From Collinsella sp. (GTDB lineage Bacteria; Actinomycetota; Coriobacteriia; Coriobacteriales; Coriobacteriaceae), in contig DXZU01000026.1 of assembly GCA_019419525.1 (NCBI GenBank), positions 3,740 through 67,739 on the forward strand: 64,000 bases of DNA. Direction: 5' to 3'. Under the pieces are notes generated by a model. That model ran no database searches. It was given only the letters and a program-made list of their open reading frames with translations, and was not told where the DNA came from. Every line of letters starts with the position of its first letter. The first letter of the stretch is position 1. This document shows positions 59,320 through 64,000 of this stretch, piece by piece. Both the position numbers and the translations under genes were made by a program.

Positions 59320-60788
59320 CGGGCACCGCCTTCCCCACCTGCGTCGTTGCAGTTAGCAAGCGAGACCACCTCAACGGATGGTTTCCCCTCGGTAGAGGGG
59401 TCCTCCCCGACAGGCGACTCAGCAAGCGCGCCGACTTCGGCAAGCTCCTCGGCATCCGCGCCCGCACCACGCGCGCTGACGAGGAACACGGGGTTTTGCG
59501 CCTTCATAAGATGGTGCGAGCCTACAGCCTCGGCACGGGCGGCCGACACCTGGCACGCCTCGAACCCCTTAAAGCGCGAACCCGAGAGGAGCGCGCACGC
59601 CTCGGTGAGCGTCTCAACGGTGACGCACGGCACGCACAGGCGAACCTGCGAGTTCTTCTCGAGCGCCGCCTCCACGATGGAGGGAAGCTCGCCCGCGCTC
59701 CCGCCGACGAACACGGCGTCGGGGACGGGCAGTTTCGCGAGCGCTTCGGGGGCGACACCGGGGACCGCATGCACGTTGCCGCACCCGAATGCATCCGCGT
59801 TCTCTCGGATGAGCCGCACGCCGGCCGCGTTGCGCTCGACCGCCCATACCGACCCCGCTCGCGCGACGAGCGCCGCCTCGATCGACACGCTCCCCGTGCC
59901 GGCGCCGACATCCCACACGGTGTCGGTCGCGGTAAGGCGCAGCTTCGCGAGCGCGACGGCGCGCACCTCCTGCTTGGTCATGGGAACGTCGCCGCGGATG
60001 AAGAGCTCGTCGGGAATGCCCGAGGAAGCGTACGGCCAGCGGGAGCTCGCGGCGCGGGATGCGCCCGCAGAGTCCGCCGCGAAAGAAGCAGCCGCGGGCG
60101 CAGACGCGCCGGCCGGCGCCTCGGAGGCTGCGCTAGAGCCCGCAGGCGACCCGGCGCAGCCTGCGAACTCGATAAGCATCACGTTCAAGTCGTCGAACGT
60201 CTGACCTGCGATTTCACTTGCGGTCGCGCAGGTGATGCGCTCGTCGGGGTACGACAGGCGCTCGGCCACCGTCACGCGCGCGTCCCCGAAGCCCGCCTGC
60301 ACAAGCTCGCCCGAAAGCCGCGAGGGGTCTTCCCCGCCCGACGTGGCGAGGAAGAGCTCACCTGCGCGCTCGGCCTCGGCCACGATGTCGCACGCCACGC
60401 CGTGAGCGCTCGCGAAGCGCCAATCCTGCCATGGACGCGCGAGGCGCGCGGCGAGATACGACGCTGAGCTTATGCCGGGAATGACGCGCACGTCCACCCG
60501 CGCGTCGCCGGAGAGCGCCTCCACCAGGCGGCGCGCGCCGCTGAACAGCCCCACATCGCCCGTCATCACGACCACGGCGCGCTGCCACGACGCCGCATCG
60601 GTGAGCGCGGCGACGATGTCCGCCGTCTTAACGAGCTCGCATCTCACCACGTCGGGCGGCATGTCGATGCCGACAAGCGCGCGATGAGCGCCGATGACCA
60701 CGTCGGCGATGTCGATCGCGTCGAGCGCCGCGCGCGAGAGCAAGTCGGGGTTTCCGGGCCCCGCCCCGATGATCGTTACCTTTCGCAT
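59316..60788 (-). CDS. cbiE: Fused CbiE/CbiT methyltransferase-decarboxylase (CobL-like)
   Basis: IGAGPG, GDVGLFS, PGISS; Ala/Ser linker; PMTKQEVR, WDVGAGTGSVS, AQNPV. Confidence 0.9.
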   Translation of the reverse strand: MRKVTIIGAGPGNPDLLSRAALDAIDIADVVIGAHRALVGIDMPPDVVRCELVKTADIVAALTDAASWQRAVVVMTGDVGLFSGARRLVEALSGDARVDVRVIPGISSASYLAARLARPWQDWRFASAHGVACDIVAEAERAGELFLATSGGEDPSRLSGELVQAGFGDARVTVAERLSYPDERITCATASEIAGQTFDDLNVMLIEFAGCAGSPAGSSAASEAPAGASAPAAASFAADSAGASRAASSRWPYASSGIPDELFIRGDVPMTKQEVRAVALAKLRLTATDTVWDVGAGTGSVSIEAALVARAGSVWAVERNAAGVRLIRENADAFGCGNVHAVPGVAPEALAKLPVPDAVFVGGSAGELPSIVEAALEKNSQVRLCVPCVTVETLTEACALLSGSRFKGFEACQVSAARAEAVGSHHLMKAQNPVFLVSARGAGADAEELAEVGALAESPVGEDPSTEGKPSVEVVSLANCNDAGGEGGAR

Positions 60789-61519
60789 GGAATCTCCCGA
60801 TACCCGCGCGGCGTGACCATACGGCCGCCCACGCGCTTCGTGTCCGCGTTGCCGACGAACACGGTGGTGAACATGTCGGCGTCGAACTCCCCCAGCTCGG
60901 AGAGCCTGCACATGCCCGACTGCTGCCCCTCGCGCCCGATGTTGCGTACCCAGCCGCAGAGCGTGTCGGGGGCCTTCCATTCGAGCATAATCTTCGCCGC
61001 GCGCGAGAGCCTGTCGGCGCGCTTTCTGCTGCGCGGGTTGTACAAACAGATACAGAAGTCGGCGCTCGCCACAGCGGCGAGTCTGCGCTCGATGACCTCC
61101 CACGGCGTGAGCAGATCGGAGAGCGACACGACCGCGAAGTCGTGGGCAAGCGGGGCGCCGAGCACCGCCGACCCGCTCTGAGCCGCGGTGGCCCCGGCGA
61201 TAACTTCCACGTCTACATCGGGGTAGTCCTCCGCAAGCTCCAGCACGGGGCTCGCCATGCCGTACACGCCCGCGTCACCGCTACACACGAGCGCCACGGC
61301 TTCTCCGCTCTGCGCGCGCGAAAGCGCCAGACGGCACCGTTCGACCTCGTGCATCATCGGCGTCGCGAGATGCGCCGCGTCGGGCACGGCGGCGAGCGCG
61401 AGCTCCACGTATTTCGTGTACCCCACAACGATGTCGGCCGCCTCGAGCGCGCGCCGAGCCGCAATCGTCATGCCGCCGGGGCCGCCCGGGCCGATCCCCA
61501 CCACGAAGAGCTTTCCCAT
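60776..61519 (-). CDS. cbiH: Cobalt-factor III C17-methyltransferase (CbiH/CobJ)
   Basis: VGIGPG, SGDAGVYGMA, GAPLAHDF, SLSDLLTPW, TPRGY motifs. Confidence 0.93.
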   Translation of the reverse strand: MGKLFVVGIGPGGPGGMTIAARRALEAADIVVGYTKYVELALAAVPDAAHLATPMMHEVERCRLALSRAQSGEAVALVCSGDAGVYGMASPVLELAEDYPDVDVEVIAGATAAQSGSAVLGAPLAHDFAVVSLSDLLTPWEVIERRLAAVASADFCICLYNPRSRKRADRLSRAAKIMLEWKAPDTLCGWVRNIGREGQQSGMCRLSELGEFDADMFTTVFVGNADTKRVGGRMVTPRGYREIPCER

Positions 61520-62652
61520 CACCGCTCCTTAAACGAAAGTTCGATAGTTACCTTGGAAAACGCGACGGTCACGCCGCCGTGAGCGAGCTTCGGGAAGATA
61601 AGTTTGCCCCCGTCCGCGAGCGCCGCGCGCTCGCACACGTTGTCGACCCCCACCGTCGCGCGCACGAAATCAGATGGCGAAACGCTGCCTTCGACCAGCG
61701 ACAACTCCTCTGCGGAATACGTCGCAAGCGGGATATTGCGCGCGCGGCAGAAGGCGAGCAGACCCTCCTCGTGCGCCTTCACGTCGATCGTCGCCGCCTC
61801 GCGCACGGCCGAAGGCGAGATGCCCGCCTGCCCGCACGCGAGAAGAAACGCCTCCCCGATCGCTTCGGCGCACGCACCGCGGCGGCACCCTATGCCCGCA
61901 ACGATGCAGGGCACGACAAGGCGAAGCGGCTCGGGTGCAGGCGCCTGCGCCCGCACGCCCGCCGGCTTCCCCGTCTCACCGGCGGGCACGACCTCGCCCG
62001 TTGTCTCCGCCGCGCGAACGGACGCACCTGCATTCGCGCCAGCGAACGGCGACACGACGATATCGGCCCGAGCGCGGTCGGACGCAATGTCAACCCCCTC
62101 AGGCGGCTGTCCCGAAATCGGCATGTCGGAATAGAGCGCCACGCGCCCGCCCGAAAGCAGCCGCGCCGACACTCGCTTGATGGCCTCGGGATTCGAAACG
62201 GCGAGCCCCGCACAGCGCGCCCACGTATCCACCGCCCACACGCCGCGGACGTCGGTCGCCGTGGTGATGACGGGGATGGCCCCTGCCGCGCGTGCCACAG
62301 TTTGCGCAAGCTCGTTCGCACCGCCCAAATGCCCCGACAAAAGCGGGACGGCAAAGCGCCCCGCCTCGTCGATCGCCACAACCGCGGAATCGCTTGCCTT
62401 CGAGGCGACATGCGGCGCGATCGCCCGCACGGCGATGCCCGCCGCGCCCACGAACAGGAGCGCGTCCGACGCTTCCCACGCGAGCGCCGTCCATGCGCGC
62501 AGGTCGGCCTTCCCCTCGCCGAACCCGCGCGAAACGGAAACGTCCCAGCCAGGGTCATCTTCACCTGTCTGCGCGCAATCGGAAAGCGCGCGTGCGGTGC
62601 GCTCCGCCAACGCATATCCCCTCTCAGTGAACGCTATGCAGGAAACCCTCAT
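61519..62652 (-). CDS. cbiG: Cobalt-precorrin-5A hydrolase
   Basis: AGIAVRAIAP, LLSGHLGGAN, VITTATD, GIGCRRG, VCERAA motifs. Confidence 0.92.
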   Translation of the reverse strand: MRVSCIAFTERGYALAERTARALSDCAQTGEDDPGWDVSVSRGFGEGKADLRAWTALAWEASDALLFVGAAGIAVRAIAPHVASKASDSAVVAIDEAGRFAVPLLSGHLGGANELAQTVARAAGAIPVITTATDVRGVWAVDTWARCAGLAVSNPEAIKRVSARLLSGGRVALYSDMPISGQPPEGVDIASDRARADIVVSPFAGANAGASVRAAETTGEVVPAGETGKPAGVRAQAPAPEPLRLVVPCIVAGIGCRRGACAEAIGEAFLLACGQAGISPSAVREAATIDVKAHEEGLLAFCRARNIPLATYSAEELSLVEGSVSPSDFVRATVGVDNVCERAALADGGKLIFPKLAHGGVTVAFSKVTIELSFKER

Positions 62653-62886
62653 CTAGCGCACCACCATCGTCGAGAAGTAGCTGCCCCGATCGGGCACATC
62701 GTCGAGCGAGCGGTACACGCGCTCGCCCGGAAGCCCACAGTCCTCTACGAGCTCGGCACCGTCGAAGGCGCCCTCCTCGCGAAGGATGCGCTTCGTGTCC
62801 GCAAGCGAGCGCCGCGCCTTCATGACCACCTTCGTCCCCGGCCAGCCGATTGCACGGCGCACCCCGTACAGAACGCCTTTACTCAT
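62653..62886 (-). pseudogene. cbiL: Cobalt-precorrin-2 C20-methyltransferase (CbiL/CobI) with large in-frame internal deletion
   Basis: 77 aa only: MSKGVLYGV joined directly to RRAIGWPGTKVVMK...VEDCGLPGE...SYFSTMVV; SAM-binding GxGPGD region missing. Confidence 0.78.
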
Positions 62887-64000
62887 ACGTCGCCCCCAAT
62901 TTCCCGATAACTGCATCGGCGCCCGACGTGCGGAAAAGCTCGCGGCGCTCGGCGTCGAACACGACCGCGGCGATGTCGCATGCGCCCGCCGCGCGGCGGC
63001 GCAACCTGTCCTCAATTGCCGCAGCGAGCGAGGCGTGCGCAGCGTCCCCAACGCCGGCGGCCTCGATTACCTCGAGCGCCGCCGTGGTCGTGACGGACGA
63101 CATGATCTCGCGCACGGTCTTCGCGCCCGCGCCGGCCATGGCCGCGTGGGCGGCCAGAATCTCCGCGCGGCAGTCGGCGGTACGCGAATGGGTGTCCATG
63201 ATGCCGCCCGCGACCTTCACCAACTTGCCGATGTGTCCCACAAGAAGGACATTGGTGAATCCCTCGCGAACGCAGCAATCAATCGCATCGCCCACAAAGT
63301 TGGAGATGAAGACCACCGGCGCACCGTTTAGGTGGAAATGCCCCGAGATGAACTGCCCGCCGTAGTTGCCGGGCGTGAGCACGACTCCGCGCCGTCCCAT
63401 AGCCGCATGCTGCCGAATCTCGAGCTCGATGCTGTCACGCAAGGCAGCGAGGCTGCGCGGCTCGACGATGCCCGTCGTTCCCAGGATGGAGATGCCGTCC
63501 TCTATCCCCAGGTGCGGGTTGAAGGTCTTTTCGGCAAGGGCCACACCCTCGGGTACCGAAATCGTCACAGCAATGTTTCCAGAAAAGCCGTGCGCGGCGC
63601 ACACCTCACGCACCGCCGAAGTAATCATCGCGCGCGGCGTCGCGTTGATGGCGGCCGCCCCCACCGGCTGCTCGAGCCCGGGCAATGTCACGCGCCCCAC
63701 GCCCACGCCGCCATCGACGGAAACTTCCGATTCGCGCGCGGGCACGTCCTTGCTGCCCGCAGCACCCGTGCCCGACCCCGCATGTTCCACGTGCGCGTAC
63801 ACGAGCACGCCGTCGGTCACATCGGCATCGTCGCCTGCGTCCTTTCGCACGGCGCACTGGGCGCACCCCTCGCCGATACATGCGTCAACCACGTCCGTCT
63901 CGACAGGCAGCCCGCCGGGGGTGACGATCGACACGCAGCCGACGGGCTTTCGTGACAAGAGCATCTCGCAGGCCGCCTTCGCCGCGAGCGCGGCGCAGCT
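62879..64000 (-). CDS. cbiD: Cobalt-precorrin-5B C1-methyltransferase, 5' end outside window
   Basis: SCAALAAKAA at the edge, KDAGDDADVT, GVGRVT.PGL, TFNPHLGI..GISILGTTGIVEP, GKLVKVAGG. Confidence 0.94.
   Translation of the reverse strand, partial: SCAALAAKAACEMLLSRKPVGCVSIVTPGGLPVETDVVDACIGEGCAQCAVRKDAGDDADVTDGVLVYAHVEHAGSGTGAAGSKDVPARESEVSVDGGVGVGRVTLPGLEQPVGAAAINATPRAMITSAVREVCAAHGFSGNIAVTISVPEGVALAEKTFNPHLGIEDGISILGTTGIVEPRSLAALRDSIELEIRQHAAMGRRGVVLTPGNYGGQFISGHFHLNGAPVVFISNFVGDAIDCCVREGFTNVLLVGHIGKLVKVAGGIMDTHSRTADCRAEILAAHAAMAGAGAKTVREIMSSVTTTAALEVIEAAGVGDAAHASLAAAIEDRLRRRAAGACDIAAVVFDAERRELFRTSGADAVIGKLGATYE

Overview
High-GC actinobacterial chromosome segment, most consistent with Coriobacteriia such as Collinsella (inferred from gene content and codon style, no database search). 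Five blocks. (1) 1-4.3 kb: low-GC accessory region with a truncated ABC-ATPase/TOPRIM (OLD-like) gene missing from the ORF track, nested and scrambled IS256 remnants, decayed epimerase and ugd fragments, and an orphan membrane protein. (2) 4.4-16.9 kb: minus-strand Wzx/Wzy polysaccharide operon (fnlABC pathway, pyruvyl transferase plus FrhB-like Fe-S protein, a GT4 with one nonsense codon), headed by a LoaP/NusG-like antiterminator with a long leader, near tRNA-Ala(GGC). (3) 17.3-32.4 kb: thiN, a HAD hydrolase and a glycogen cluster (glgB-glgP-glgC-glgD-glgA, GH13-MalQ fusion) in which GlgB and GlgA carry histone-H1-like basic tails. (4) 32.5-48.7 kb: housekeeping genes (rsmB, fmt, def, priA, gltX, metK, fused serine dehydratase, L,D-transpeptidase, MacAB-like exporter) with several long intergenic palindromes, one beside a strong strand-specific codon skew. 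(5) 48.8-64 kb: compositionally distinct anaerobic cobalamin cluster bordered by an IS21 scar, with an internally deleted cbiL. No CRISPR array or rRNA seen.
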